From positions 1,664,001-1,728,000 of the forward strand of contig CP147778.1 in assembly GCA_037305845.1 (NCBI GenBank): a stretch of DNA of 64,000 nucleotides. The letters are read 5' to 3'. Position numbers and translations under genes: made by a program. The notes beneath the pieces were generated by a model, which was not told the DNA's origin, did no database searches, and worked only from the letters and a program-made list of their open reading frames with translations. Of this stretch, positions 10,836-21,234 are shown piece after piece. How positions within the stretch are numbered: position 1 is the stretch's first letter; every line of letters begins with the position of its first letter. Source of the stretch: Candidatus Freyarchaeum deiterrae (GTDB lineage Archaea; Asgardarchaeota; Jordiarchaeia; Jordiarchaeales; Jordiarchaeaceae).

Positions 10836-11033
10836 TCATGCTACCCCTTTATTGGTAGAGTTGTTCGCTTCTTTGTAAACCTCTTTTTTTAGCTGACGTC
10901 TCCACTTACCAACTCGATCCTCAATTGAGAATCTTGCAGGATGAGGAACTCTGACCTTACCCCCGCAGTAGGGGCAAATCTCTTTAAACGTGTACTCTCC
11001 GCAATCTACACACTTTCGAAGCAAATACCTCAT
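10836..11033 (-). CDS. nop10: H/ACA RNP protein Nop10
   Basis: C..CG.YT....CP.CG and PHPARFS..D motifs. Confidence 0.95.
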   Translation of the reverse strand: MRYLLRKCVDCGEYTFKEICPYCGGKVRVPHPARFSIEDRVGKWRRQLKKEVYKEANNSTNKGVA

Positions 11034-11194
11034 TTTTAAAACCCCAGTTAATGAAGAATTTAAAATATTTTAAAATTTCGCAAGTACTCTTATTCGATTA
11101 AATCAAAAAACATTTTTTTAAAAAATAAAAAATTAAAATATAATATATCAGACCTACAGTATTCAATGAAAGCAATTTTGGATTACTAAACTCA

Positions 11195-13816
11195 CTAGGT
11201 TACAGTAACAGTTTCTTGTTCAAAAAACCCTGGAATGCTAGTAGCTACTTTTATAATCAGCGTATCGCCTGCGATGACACTTTGTGGCACTGTAAAGCTG
11301 ATTGTTGTCATCTCTGCTGGTGCTAAACTTAATGGAAGTGTTGTATTTAGACTTGTAATAAGCGTATTGTTTGAAAGTATTTGGGTAATATTGTATGTGG
11401 TGGTTCCCGTATTGTTCAGAGTTACACTGCCTGTTTTATTAGCAAATACCGCTGCGTTTGTAATGTTTAATCCAGAGTCTAGAACCGAGTAATCTATCTG
11501 ATAGATTTTTATCATTCCTGCGCTTGATGTAAACACTGGTTTGAAATAGTTCAAGTTTTCAAAACCTGCTGACCAACTTGGTATGTATTGGTAAACACTC
11601 GAACTTTCGTTTCCACCGATAACTAAGGGATAACTGCTACTTTGCATATAGTTAATCAGATTGCCGCTCAATGAGTTGTACTGAGAGGTGGGGGTAGCTG
11701 GATCCGGGGAATGATAGTAGAGTAATTTGTAAATTGTGGTGTTGAAGAAAGCTGGTAGAATTGGTGATGTTCCGGGCAGTACGTATGGATTATAGAACTC
11801 ATACTCGTATGGCGTATTAGCAATGAAACTATTTATGTAATCTTGAGTCGCTCCACTTTCATAGAGGTTTTCTACCATGTATGGCAGCTCCTGCTGGGAA
11901 ATCCTCACCATCACTATCCATTTGCTATCGTCACCACCTATACCTGGGTCGTAATTAGGTAAGACGCTGTACCCGAAAAATACCATTACATAAGTAGCGT
12001 TGAATCTCCGGAAATCCTGTAAAGAATATGTTTCATTAGTTTCCATAAAAGCGCGTCCAATCCAGCCTATTTGTGTAAAGTTACGAGTGTTTCCATCCGC
12101 TAAAGTTATTTTTCCTCCATAGACAGTAATTGAATAACCGTAATCCCACCACGCCGCTACCACAGCATTCGCTGGGAGTTGATTTCTCATAAAAGAGAAC
12201 GCTTGATTCCAATCCAAGTACCCATTACCGTAAGGATCCCTAATTATCCTTGAAGGCGGAGAAGAGTATATCTGAGCCTGTACTCCCATAAAAAAGGCGG
12301 CTACTAGAAGTATTCCTACCAATGCAAAAACTACCAAAGCGGAATCACGTCCTAGAGGGACGCTGATTCTCATACGTCTTCTTCTAGCTATGGTGGTTGC
12401 TCTTTTAGTAATGACTTGAGCTAACGGTCTAAATATTGTTGATAAGGCGTAAGCGCTTAGTATAGCTGCAACTGGGGCTAATATGATTATAATACGAATA
12501 AATGATCCTGTAAAATAGGTTGCAGTGACCCCGTACACTATTAATAGTAAGTCTTCTTCATATCGTCTTTTAAATGCGAAGTACAACCCTACTGGAAAAA
12601 GAACTACTAGAATGTTGAGGTCGTAAAAGAATATTCCCCAGGGAGTTGGCACCTGTTCTCCAACACTTGCGATAATATATTGCTGTTGTGCGTAAGGGGG
12701 ATAAACTATTGCAATAAACTTTCCAGCAAGCCCGCCAATATTACTAAAAAGGTTTAAATGAGTTGTTGCAATTGCAACTATCAAAATTGCGGTTACACCG
12801 CCAACTAGTAATAGAAACCTTTGTCTATTTTCAAAAAACCATTCAATTCTTTCTTGAGCTTTTCCCTTTAAGGGGATGTACCTTTTGACAGTTTCTAGAA
12901 TCATCGTTCTCTGTGTATTCAGACGAAGGAAAAGCTCGTAGAATAAGAGAATTATCAGGACAATTAGAGGGGGTAGAATCATCCCTGATAATAATGCGTG
13001 CGCCCCTCCATCGACTTGAAGTCGTGTATCAATAAAGATTGCTAAAGTTATTGTAATACTATAAGTCATAAAAAGACGAGATGTGTACTTTTTTAATAGT
13101 ATTAGGAGGATAGCTGTCAGAGGGAATATGTACATTAGATATACGCTGGATCCCCAGGTTGCTTCTAGTCCTCCTAAGCAAAGGCCTGCAAGAATGGCGG
13201 ATATTATTGAACCTCTTTTTAGGGATCGTATGAAGAAGTACAGGATGAGTACTATGAATAGCATTCCTAATCCTTCATTGCGGAAGAATCCAACTGTAGT
13301 ACGTTCAATGAAAGCTGGTGTAAATGCGAGCAAAAAGGCGGCGATTAGTCCCGTTTTTTTGTCTAGGATTTCTTTTCCTAGGAAATAGGTGGCTATACAT
13401 GTGAAGGCGCCCATGAATGCTGGAAAGAAGTAACATACCGTGTAAACGTCTACGCTGAAACCTAAAGCATGTAATAGGAAGTATATGAAAGCTGCAGCGA
13501 ATGGTGTTCCCGGTTGGAATGATGCGGATATGTCTCGACCGAGGGGGTACCATGAATTATGGTCGTACCAAGCGAACCATGAGTTAAAACCAAATGTTGT
13601 TGTATATAAGGTCATTTCATAGTGAAACTCAGGATCATAGGATTGTAGGAATTCTGTGTAGATGTAGAAGGGCATGCATCTTATGCTAAGTGCTATTACA
13701 AAAATGGAAACGAGTGAGAGTGCTATTAATATCCCTTGTCTGCTTACTTGGACTTTGGGTATAGGGATTAACTTTTTCGCTTCGTATATAAAATCCTGCA
13801 GTTTAGACACTCTCAA
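11195..13816 (-). CDS. aglB: Oligosaccharyltransferase AglB/STT3 with C-terminal beta-rich extension
   Basis: DPEFH, SVGEQ, WWDYG and DGNT motifs; many transmembrane helices. Confidence 0.95.
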   Translation of the reverse strand: MRVSKLQDFIYEAKKLIPIPKVQVSRQGILIALSLVSIFVIALSIRCMPFYIYTEFLQSYDPEFHYEMTLYTTTFGFNSWFAWYDHNSWYPLGRDISASFQPGTPFAAAFIYFLLHALGFSVDVYTVCYFFPAFMGAFTCIATYFLGKEILDKKTGLIAAFLLAFTPAFIERTTVGFFRNEGLGMLFIVLILYFFIRSLKRGSIISAILAGLCLGGLEATWGSSVYLMYIFPLTAILLILLKKYTSRLFMTYSITITLAIFIDTRLQVDGGAHALLSGMILPPLIVLIILLFYELFLRLNTQRTMILETVKRYIPLKGKAQERIEWFFENRQRFLLLVGGVTAILIVAIATTHLNLFSNIGGLAGKFIAIVYPPYAQQQYIIASVGEQVPTPWGIFFYDLNILVVLFPVGLYFAFKRRYEEDLLLIVYGVTATYFTGSFIRIIIILAPVAAILSAYALSTIFRPLAQVITKRATTIARRRRMRISVPLGRDSALVVFALVGILLVAAFFMGVQAQIYSSPPSRIIRDPYGNGYLDWNQAFSFMRNQLPANAVVAAWWDYGYSITVYGGKITLADGNTRNFTQIGWIGRAFMETNETYSLQDFRRFNATYVMVFFGYSVLPNYDPGIGGDDSKWIVMVRISQQELPYMVENLYESGATQDYINSFIANTPYEYEFYNPYVLPGTSPILPAFFNTTIYKLLYYHSPDPATPTSQYNSLSGNLINYMQSSSYPLVIGGNESSSVYQYIPSWSAGFENLNYFKPVFTSSAGMIKIYQIDYSVLDSGLNITNAAVFANKTGSVTLNNTGTTTYNITQILSNNTLITSLNTTLPLSLAPAEMTTISFTVPQSVIAGDTLIIKVATSIPGFFEQETVTVT

Positions 13817-13937
13817 CCGCCACGGAATTCACATATTGGTTTTTATTTTATTCCGCTTTAATTATTTTTAAGACTATCTATTATGAAGAATTCAATTTAG
13901 AAGGATTTATCTTAATTAACTCTTTTAGGTTTTAATA

Positions 13938-15080
13938 CTATTGAATTTTCTTTATTGTTATTTGATGATATCCCGTAATTACTCGAATATACCCTTTTAA
14001 TTTCTCATCGAGTTCAAGAGAATTGGTGTCAACTCTTAGGATTGGTATCGTCGAGAGCTTGTAGGGAGTGGCTATGACAATAATATTATCAGTACCTACT
14101 TTTTTAATCACTTCGGCGCTTATTTGTTGATTTCCCCTTCCAAAAACGAACCCTTGGCGTCCTATGGGTGTTACGATTATTTTGGATTTTTTATTTTCTA
14201 TGGTTTTGAGAATTCCCTGTTCATTAGCGTCTTTGACAATAACTCTCCCCTCTTGGAGTAGGTCAACCCCTAATAAAGTCTTGTTTACCCCCATTAAATC
14301 AGTTACAGCTTTACAAGTGGTTCCAGGTCCAAGTATATAAACTGTATTTCGTTCGAGGCTTTCGACAATGTTACGAGCTATCGCCTTTTGCTCTTCTATC
14401 TCATCTGTTGTGTTCGGGCTCACCCCTTTAGAGCCTTGAAGATATTGAGGTTCATAAGGCGTTACTGCATAACCTTTCAATTCTACATGTAATTCATTTT
14501 TTCTAAATGACTCCTCATCAACATCCAAAACTTCGGCTTCTCTAACTGGTAATTCATCCCACAAAAAACGTAAAGTAATGAGACCAGCGGTTTTTGGATT
14601 CGTAGCAAAGGTGGCTGACCATATCTTTACACCCGATGGAATTCCTAAAATTGGAATCTTTTGATCTATAGCGTTGAGTATATCAACCGTCGTACCGTCG
14701 CCTCCTGCGTAAAGAATCATTGCTGCCCCCATCTCCAACATTATTTTTGCAGCTTTCTCAGTATCTTTTGAACTAGTTTTCGAAGACAAAATTTCACCAA
14801 CTACCTCTGGTTTAAAGCCGGTCTCTCTGGCCACATCCTCGCCCATAATACTTGGAAAAGTCAAGAGTCTCAAAACATTCTTTACTGGTTTAAGAATATT
14901 AAGAGCCTCTTTCGATCTTTCTGGTGAAACAGGTTTGGCTCCTAGTTCAATAGCCCTTTGAACTAATTTAGGATCATCTGAACCCTTAAAAGCGTATTTA
15001 CCAGCAATTCCCGCAATCGGATTTACAATCAGGCCTAGTGTTTTGTTTCTTATACTTGAGTAGTGTTGTTTTTTATTCAA
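13938..15080 (-). CDS. ATP-NAD kinase family protein
   Basis: NPIAG, GGDGT, GIPSGVK, GRGNQQ. Confidence 0.85.
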   Translation of the reverse strand: MNKKQHYSSIRNKTLGLIVNPIAGIAGKYAFKGSDDPKLVQRAIELGAKPVSPERSKEALNILKPVKNVLRLLTFPSIMGEDVARETGFKPEVVGEILSSKTSSKDTEKAAKIMLEMGAAMILYAGGDGTTVDILNAIDQKIPILGIPSGVKIWSATFATNPKTAGLITLRFLWDELPVREAEVLDVDEESFRKNELHVELKGYAVTPYEPQYLQGSKGVSPNTTDEIEEQKAIARNIVESLERNTVYILGPGTTCKAVTDLMGVNKTLLGVDLLQEGRVIVKDANEQGILKTIENKKSKIIVTPIGRQGFVFGRGNQQISAEVIKKVGTDNIIVIATPYKLSTIPILRVDTNSLELDEKLKGYIRVITGYHQITIKKIQ

Positions 15081-15101
15081 TTTTTATTTCCCGCCACTAA
15101 T

Positions 15102-15257
15102 CTACATTTTTTTGAAAAGTATGGCGCCAGGCTTTGTTTTAAGAGTTAAAACTTCCTTATCCTCTCCTTTATATATTTTAGCGAAATTTAAATTCGACGC
15201 TGGCTCACTGTGTGGCCTTACATAAATTTTTGTTGTACAGCTTACAGCCATTAACAT
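15102..15257 (-). CDS. Small hypothetical protein, 51 aa (MLMAVSCTTKIYVRPHSEPASNLNFAKIYKGEDKEVLTLKTKPGAILFKKM)
   Basis: Read by hand; AAGGAG Shine-Dalgarno 7 nt before ATG; ends just before the co-oriented NAD kinase gene. Confidence 0.55.
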   Translation of the reverse strand: MLMAVSCTTKIYVRPHSEPASNLNFAKIYKGEDKEVLTLKTKPGAILFKKM

Positions 15258-15498
15258 TTTTTAACTCCTTTTCGGTAGGGCAATGCACTACGAAGAGATA
15301 GTCTATACTAGAGACAAAAATAGGTTGAGAATCAAGTATTCAACTATTTTAAGAGTTCAACTTTTGAATACGTGATTCCTGTATAAAGGTTCTAAAAAAA
15401 GGTTATTTGGTTTTACAGCTAATAATCGCTATTTTTCTAGTCTTGCCCTTTATTCTGAATTTAAATATAAAAATAACAGAAAATAACGAAATAATGGA

Positions 15499-16800
15499 TT
15501 AAGTTTCTTTAGGGACTATTTCTTTGACTACACCAACCGCCACTGTAGTTCCTGAATCTCTCACAGCGAATCTACCTAGTTGGGGTATCTCCTTGTATAG
15601 TTCTATGCACATTGGTTTCGTTGGTTCTAATTGTACTAATGCTGCGTCACCTCGTTTAATGTAATCTGGATTATCTTCCATTACCTGACCTGTGCGTCTG
15701 TCAATTTTTGCTATTAGTTTTGTGAATCTGCAAGCAACTTGTGCAGTATGGGCATGAACTACTGGGCAGTACCCTACTGAAATTGCTGAAGGAAACTGAA
15801 TGACTACCATTTGCCCTGTAAACTCTTTTGCTACTGTTGGGGGGCTATTTTTGGATCCTGCTACGTCCCCTCTTCTGAGGTCTTTTTTGGCTACTCCTCT
15901 TACGTTAAATCCTATGTTATCTCCTGGAAGGGCTTCTTGTATGGTTTCATGGTGCATTTCAATAGATTTTACTTCTCCTTCCACGTTCGATGGCTGGAAA
16001 ACTACCGTGTCCCCTGCTTTTAAAACACCGGTTTCAACTCTTCCGACTGGAACTGTACCAACACCGGTAATTGTGTAGACGTCTTGTATGGGGATTCTGA
16101 GCGGTTTATCTACGGGTTTGGGCGGAATAACTAGTTTGTCCAGAGCTTCAATTAGATTGGGCCCTTTGTACCATTTCATTTTATCGCTGGCCTTAACAAT
16201 GTTGTCGCCAAGCCATGCTGAAATTGGGACAAAATCTATGTTTTCTACTTTGAAACCTACGCTCTTAAGTAATTCACTAACTTCCTTCACGATTTCGTTG
16301 TATCTGTCTTGGCTCCAATTAACTGAGGTATCATCCATTTTGTTAATGGCAACGATGATCTGGTTTACTCCTAGGGTAAACGACAAGTATGCGTGTTCCC
16401 TAGTCTGTCCTCCGAGACCGATACCTGCCTCGAATTCTCCTTTTCTTGCTGAAACAACAAGAATTGATGCGTCAGCTTGACTTGTGCCTGTAATCATGTT
16501 CTTTATAAAGTCGCGATGTCCTGGGGCGTCAATAATTGTGAAATAGTATTTGGGGGTTTCAAATTTCCAGAAGGATATATCTATAGTTAAACCTCTTTCT
16601 CTTTCTTCCTTGAGTTTATCTAAGACCCATGCGAATTTGAAGCTGCCTTTACCGATCTTCTCTGCTTCTTGTTCGTATTGCTTTATTGTTCTTTCATCGA
16701 TTGCTCCCATTAGATATAGTAAATGTCCTACCATTGTGCTCTTTCCGTGGTCTACGTGTCCGTTGATGACGAGATTCATATGTGGTTTTTTTTCTGACAT
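15499..16800 (-). CDS. tuf: Elongation factor 1-alpha
   Basis: [21 protein letters not shown]. Confidence 0.98.
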   Translation of the reverse strand: MSEKKPHMNLVINGHVDHGKSTMVGHLLYLMGAIDERTIKQYEQEAEKIGKGSFKFAWVLDKLKEERERGLTIDISFWKFETPKYYFTIIDAPGHRDFIKNMITGTSQADASILVVSARKGEFEAGIGLGGQTREHAYLSFTLGVNQIIVAINKMDDTSVNWSQDRYNEIVKEVSELLKSVGFKVENIDFVPISAWLGDNIVKASDKMKWYKGPNLIEALDKLVIPPKPVDKPLRIPIQDVYTITGVGTVPVGRVETGVLKAGDTVVFQPSNVEGEVKSIEMHHETIQEALPGDNIGFNVRGVAKKDLRRGDVAGSKNSPPTVAKEFTGQMVVIQFPSAISVGYCPVVHAHTAQVACRFTKLIAKIDRRTGQVMEDNPDYIKRGDAALVQLEPTKPMCIELYKEIPQLGRFAVRDSGTTVAVGVVKEIVPKET

Positions 16801-16975
16801 TTTTCTTCCACTTCCTCTATTTTTTCACTTTTCTTGTTCTGTTTATCCTTATTCTACTGTATTTAAATTTTTTTTGGGAATTTATACTTTAAAAACAGAA
16901 GATTTTAAGTTTTCCGTATTTTTATCTTCAAAGCGTTTTCTTTACTCCTTTATTTCGAAGATTTTCCACTTAATA

Positions 16976-17347
16976 TTATCCGTATATGTTAGATTTATTT
17001 GGGGGATTTGAATGAATTATTGTATTCCTTTTATAGTATTCTCTTTCCATTTTGGTGCTTTCCCAAATCTCGAATAAATTTTTAATAGCCTGCGCCTTTA
17101 TATTTTCTGCTTTGAATCTAAAAATCCTTATTCTTCCAAATATCTTTTCTTGAACTAGTCCTACCTTTTTCAGAAAATTCAGGTGTTGATTAGTTGTAGA
17201 ATAGTTAAGGTTTGCACGTTTCGCTATTTCCGAGATGTTTAGTTCTCCCTCTTGGGCAAGGATTTTCACTATTTTTATACGTCCTTTCGAAGAAAAGATT
17301 TTTTCTAGAGAATTTTCTTCAATCGCTTCAGCTCTTTCGATCATCAA
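16976..17347 (-). CDS. ArsR-like winged-helix protein, coupled to cdc6
   Basis: ELNISEIAKRANL...HL..L...GLV; ATGA overlap with cdc6 stop. Confidence 0.8.
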   Translation of the reverse strand: MMIERAEAIEENSLEKIFSSKGRIKIVKILAQEGELNISEIAKRANLNYSTTNQHLNFLKKVGLVQEKIFGRIRIFRFKAENIKAQAIKNLFEIWESTKMEREYYKRNTIIHSNPPNKSNIYG

Positions 17348-18531
17348 ACTCCTCCTAACAGATTTAGTATCTCTTGTTCCAAGATTGAAGTAGGAATATC
17401 TGGTAAACTTATGAGAGTTGTTTTGCCTTTCATCCCGGTTCCAGAAATCTTCGTGGTAATAATACCTTGCTTTTCCAATTCCTTAAGGTGCTCCCAGAAC
17501 TGGGTGTGCCTTCTAGGCTCAATATTGTATTCCTCGCACACTACTCTGTATATCTTCTCCGTTTCACTCGTAGTTACGTATGCTTTTTCTATAGTAAGCG
17601 CCCTTGAAATTGCTAATAATAGTGCTTTATGTTGAAATGGTAGATCTCGTAGTACATCCTTTCGAACAACTGGATAAATCTCTGATTTGACTTCTCTTAT
17701 ATGCTCAGGCGAGATAAGTGTCTTGTTTTGCGCGTCAGCGATTTTTCCAGCACGCCATAAAATCTCTAAGGCGTATCTAGCATCTCCTTGTCTTGCTGCT
17801 ATGTCTGCAATAAATTTTATTTCTTCATCGGTTATAGCGTCAGTCTGAAACGCTTCCTTAACTCGCTCGCTTAGGATGGTTTCAAGTTGGACAGCGGAAT
17901 ATTCTTTTAAACGAATGATATTCTGTTGTAAGCTACTAATGATACTTGAATCCAATCCTCTAAAAAGAGCTTCACTTCTCATTATTCCTATAAGTGAGAG
18001 ACGTTGAACTGCATTTAGTTGCTCTTCAAAAAGTCTTATAAGTGAGTATAAGAGCTCTTCACCTTCTCTTTTTAATAAAAAGTCTAACTCATCAAGGGTG
18101 AGAATTATATGCATATCTTTTTCAACCAAAATTTCCTTCATAATCTGAAGCAGTTCTTCTGTGGAAAATCCTCGTCTGGGTATACGAGGGTGTAGTGTTT
18201 TAACCAATCTGTTAAGAATGATAAAACTAGTTCTTTCTCGTCTACAATTTATGTGAATATAGTGGAGATTAATCCCTCTTTTATTTGCTATAGTCACAAT
18301 TTGGTTCCCAAAACTTTTGGCTAGTGCCGTTTTTCCCGTACCTATGTTTCCAGTAATGATAACTCTTTGACTATTTCCTAGTTTTTCCAAGGTCACCCTG
18401 AAAATACTAGCTAGTTGTTTTAACTCGCTTTCCCTGTGTGGAAGGTGTTCTGGAACATAATCAATGGACAGTTTAGACTCGTCCTTAAATATTGAGGGAC
18501 GAGTTAATTCATCTTCTACTATATTAGGCAT
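17344..18531 (-). CDS. cdc6: Orc1/Cdc6 replication initiator (copy 1)
   Basis: YVP..LPHRE, GNIGTGKT, LDELD, GDARYA, C-terminal winged helix. Confidence 0.95.
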   Translation of the reverse strand: MPNIVEDELTRPSIFKDESKLSIDYVPEHLPHRESELKQLASIFRVTLEKLGNSQRVIITGNIGTGKTALAKSFGNQIVTIANKRGINLHYIHINCRRERTSFIILNRLVKTLHPRIPRRGFSTEELLQIMKEILVEKDMHIILTLDELDFLLKREGEELLYSLIRLFEEQLNAVQRLSLIGIMRSEALFRGLDSSIISSLQQNIIRLKEYSAVQLETILSERVKEAFQTDAITDEEIKFIADIAARQGDARYALEILWRAGKIADAQNKTLISPEHIREVKSEIYPVVRKDVLRDLPFQHKALLLAISRALTIEKAYVTTSETEKIYRVVCEEYNIEPRRHTQFWEHLKELEKQGIITTKISGTGMKGKTTLISLPDIPTSILEQEILNLLGGV

Positions 18532-18729
18532 TGCCTGCCCTTCCCTTGCAAAGTAAACTTTTTATTTCATATAATTATAAAAATACTCTTAACAGTATAA
18601 AATATCATGTGTATGTGTCATTTCCAATATTTCCGCTGACCTTACCACTACTAACTAAAAATGATTAACCAAAAAGAAACTCATTTTTGTGAAAAATCTT
18701 TATTTTTCATATCGCCGTTACAATTAAGT

Positions 18730-19890
18730 ATGATTAAATCATCAGTGTTTAAAGATGAAAGTACATTTTTCCCAGAGTATGTGCCTCCCACTCTCCCCCA
18801 TAGAGAGAAACAACTGGATCAGCTAATGCGTATTTACCGCCCGTTGCTCTCAGATAAACTGGTAAGCGTGAATAGTGCCTTGGTGGGGCAAGCAGGCCTC
18901 GGAAAGACTGCTACTTCGAAATTGTTTGGTCAAAAAATACAGGAAGTGTCAAAACAGTTTAACTCGAAAATACTCTTCGAATATATGTATTGCAGTACTG
19001 TGCGTACTTTGCCCGCTGTTTTAAGACAGATAATTATGAAAAATTGGAAGAAAGTACCTATTATGGGCGTTACTGGGAACGAATTAATCATTGAATTAAA
19101 CGATAGACTCAAGAGAGAAAATACACGGCTCATAATCGCGTTAGATGAAGCTAAACTTCTGGGCGGGGAAGCAATACACGGTTTAATTCGTAGTGCAGAG
19201 TACTTTGGATACGGAAACGCGTGGGTGAGCACCATGATTATAAGTAGACCCGAGGATTGGGCAGCCTACCTATATCCTCATTTAATAGAGGATGTTCACT
19301 CTGTAACAGAATTTTTGCGATACACAGAATCGGAATTGCAGGAGATACTTATGTATCGGGCGTCTCTGGGTTTCTATGAAGGCGTGCTTTCTCCAGAAAA
19401 TTGTAATATGGTTGCAAAGATAGCGAGTGAAACAGGAAATGCACGGCATGGAATAGAAATACTACGTCATGCATGCTATTTAGCCGAAAAAAACGAGGAA
19501 AAAAGAATAACCCCCGAAATGATAAGAATTGCAAAAAACGAGGTTTACCCAGAAACAGCCCCCGAAATACTTCGTGGTTTACATAGACATGAACTAATTG
19601 CTGCACTATCCACTGCCACCACCTTAAAACAAGAGGTTGCAGTACCAATGCATAAGGCTTACGAACAGTACTGTATTGTTTGTGAAGAATATCAAGTTAG
19701 TCCGCGATCCACAAGAAATTTCAGAAACTACATTAGAGTTCTAGCTGAAATAGGATTAATTAACGCAGTGGTGAAAAATCTTAAACGCGGTAGACGGACA
19801 GTTATAACCCTAACAGATATTCCTGCATCTATTCTAGAAGAAAGAGCCAGAAAACTATTAGAACAAAAAAGTAAAAACGACTTTGATTAA
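18730..19890 (+). CDS. cdc6: Orc1/Cdc6 replication initiator (copy 2, more divergent)
   Basis: YVP.TLPHRE, GQAGLGKT, LDE, GNARH; ORF is open from 18661. Confidence 0.9.
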   Translation: MIKSSVFKDESTFFPEYVPPTLPHREKQLDQLMRIYRPLLSDKLVSVNSALVGQAGLGKTATSKLFGQKIQEVSKQFNSKILFEYMYCSTVRTLPAVLRQIIMKNWKKVPIMGVTGNELIIELNDRLKRENTRLIIALDEAKLLGGEAIHGLIRSAEYFGYGNAWVSTMIISRPEDWAAYLYPHLIEDVHSVTEFLRYTESELQEILMYRASLGFYEGVLSPENCNMVAKIASETGNARHGIEILRHACYLAEKNEEKRITPEMIRIAKNEVYPETAPEILRGLHRHELIAALSTATTLKQEVAVPMHKAYEQYCIVCEEYQVSPRSTRNFRNYIRVLAEIGLINAVVKNLKRGRRTVITLTDIPASILEERARKLLEQKSKNDFD

Positions 19891-20090
19891 AAAATAAATT
19901 ATAAACAACCTTCATAACTACATACTACATCTATTAAAATTCTCAACAAATGTTAAAATTATTTCAAATATCAAATCAACTTTTAACAATTACAAAATGA
20001 TTTAAAGAATATTATTGGGGTAATTTTCGCCTTAAGGTTCTTCTTGAGTGTACAGAAATTCTTAATCACACAATTATTGAGGGGATAAAC

Positions 20091-21173
20091 TTGAAAGTGA
20101 ATAGGGGCAAGCTTGACAAAGGAGAAGTCACATTAACACCCGAATCGCTTACAGATCTTTGGCATTTATACAACATTATATTAAAAGGAGACAACGTTTA
20201 TGCTAGAACATATAGACGCATACGAAGCCCTGATGAATCTTTGAGAGCCGATAAAGGAGAAAAAATCCCAGTATACTTAGGTATTACTGTAGAGGATACC
20301 TCGCTCCATAAGTATTCTAACAGATTAAGAGTAAAAGGAATTATAACCAGCGCTCCAGAGACTGTTCCCCGAGGTTCGCATCATACAATAAATGTTGAGA
20401 TAGGAACTCCCATTAAAATTGTAAAAGATAAATGGCCAAAATATATTCTTACACGTATAGAAGAATCTGAAAAAACGAAGGACGAATCAAAATTAGCCAT
20501 AGTATCGATAGAAGATGGAGAAGCAAGTATAGCAATAGTTGATAGATATAGTGTAGACATTATAAATAATATTAACCTGAACATACCAGGAAAAAGGTTT
20601 GTAAATCAACACGATGAAGCAATTAAAGCCTTTTTTAGTGAATTATCCAAGGCTCTTATACAGATACAAATGGATAAGGATGTACGCAAAATAATAATAG
20701 CGGGCCCCGGCTTCACTAAAGAGAATTTTCTAAAATATTTGACTAACAAATCTCCGGACCTGAAAAATAAGTTAATTTTAGAAAATGTAAGCTACGGGGG
20801 AGCAAATGGAATTTACGAAGTGATCAACCGAGGAGTAATAGAAAAAATTTTAGAAGAAAACAAGGTAATTGAGGATACACGCCTAGTAGAAGAATTTTTC
20901 ACACATCTGGCTAAGGAGGACAAAAAAGTCACATATGGACTTGACAATGTTAAGAAAGCTATTCTATACGGAGCTGTAGACAAGTTACTGATAACAGATG
21001 AAAAATTAAAAAACACTGATTTTGAGGAAAGAACAAAAAATGATGAAATTTTGCGTCAAGCCGAAGAGATGGGCGGGAAAATCCATATAATAAGCACACT
21101 CCATAGAGCTGGAGAACGCCTTCAAGCATTTGGGGGGATGGTTGCGTTTTTAAGATTCCCCATTTCTGAATAA
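20091..21173 (+). CDS. pelA: Pelota (Dom34) ribosome rescue factor
   Basis: DLWHLYNII, RLRVKG, HHT, AGPGFTK. Confidence 0.95.
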   Translation: MKVNRGKLDKGEVTLTPESLTDLWHLYNIILKGDNVYARTYRRIRSPDESLRADKGEKIPVYLGITVEDTSLHKYSNRLRVKGIITSAPETVPRGSHHTINVEIGTPIKIVKDKWPKYILTRIEESEKTKDESKLAIVSIEDGEASIAIVDRYSVDIINNINLNIPGKRFVNQHDEAIKAFFSELSKALIQIQMDKDVRKIIIAGPGFTKENFLKYLTNKSPDLKNKLILENVSYGGANGIYEVINRGVIEKILEENKVIEDTRLVEEFFTHLAKEDKKVTYGLDNVKKAILYGAVDKLLITDEKLKNTDFEERTKNDEILRQAEEMGGKIHIISTLHRAGERLQAFGGMVAFLRFPISE

Positions 21174-21234
21174 TTTTTATGAAAAGTAATCTAAAAATGT
21201 GGAAAGCTGTGCATAAATCATCTAATAGAACAAG

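Noticed and set aside
18532-18729. oriC with ORB repeats between the cdc6 genes
   Set aside because: No recognisable repeated ORB or mini-ORB motif by eye
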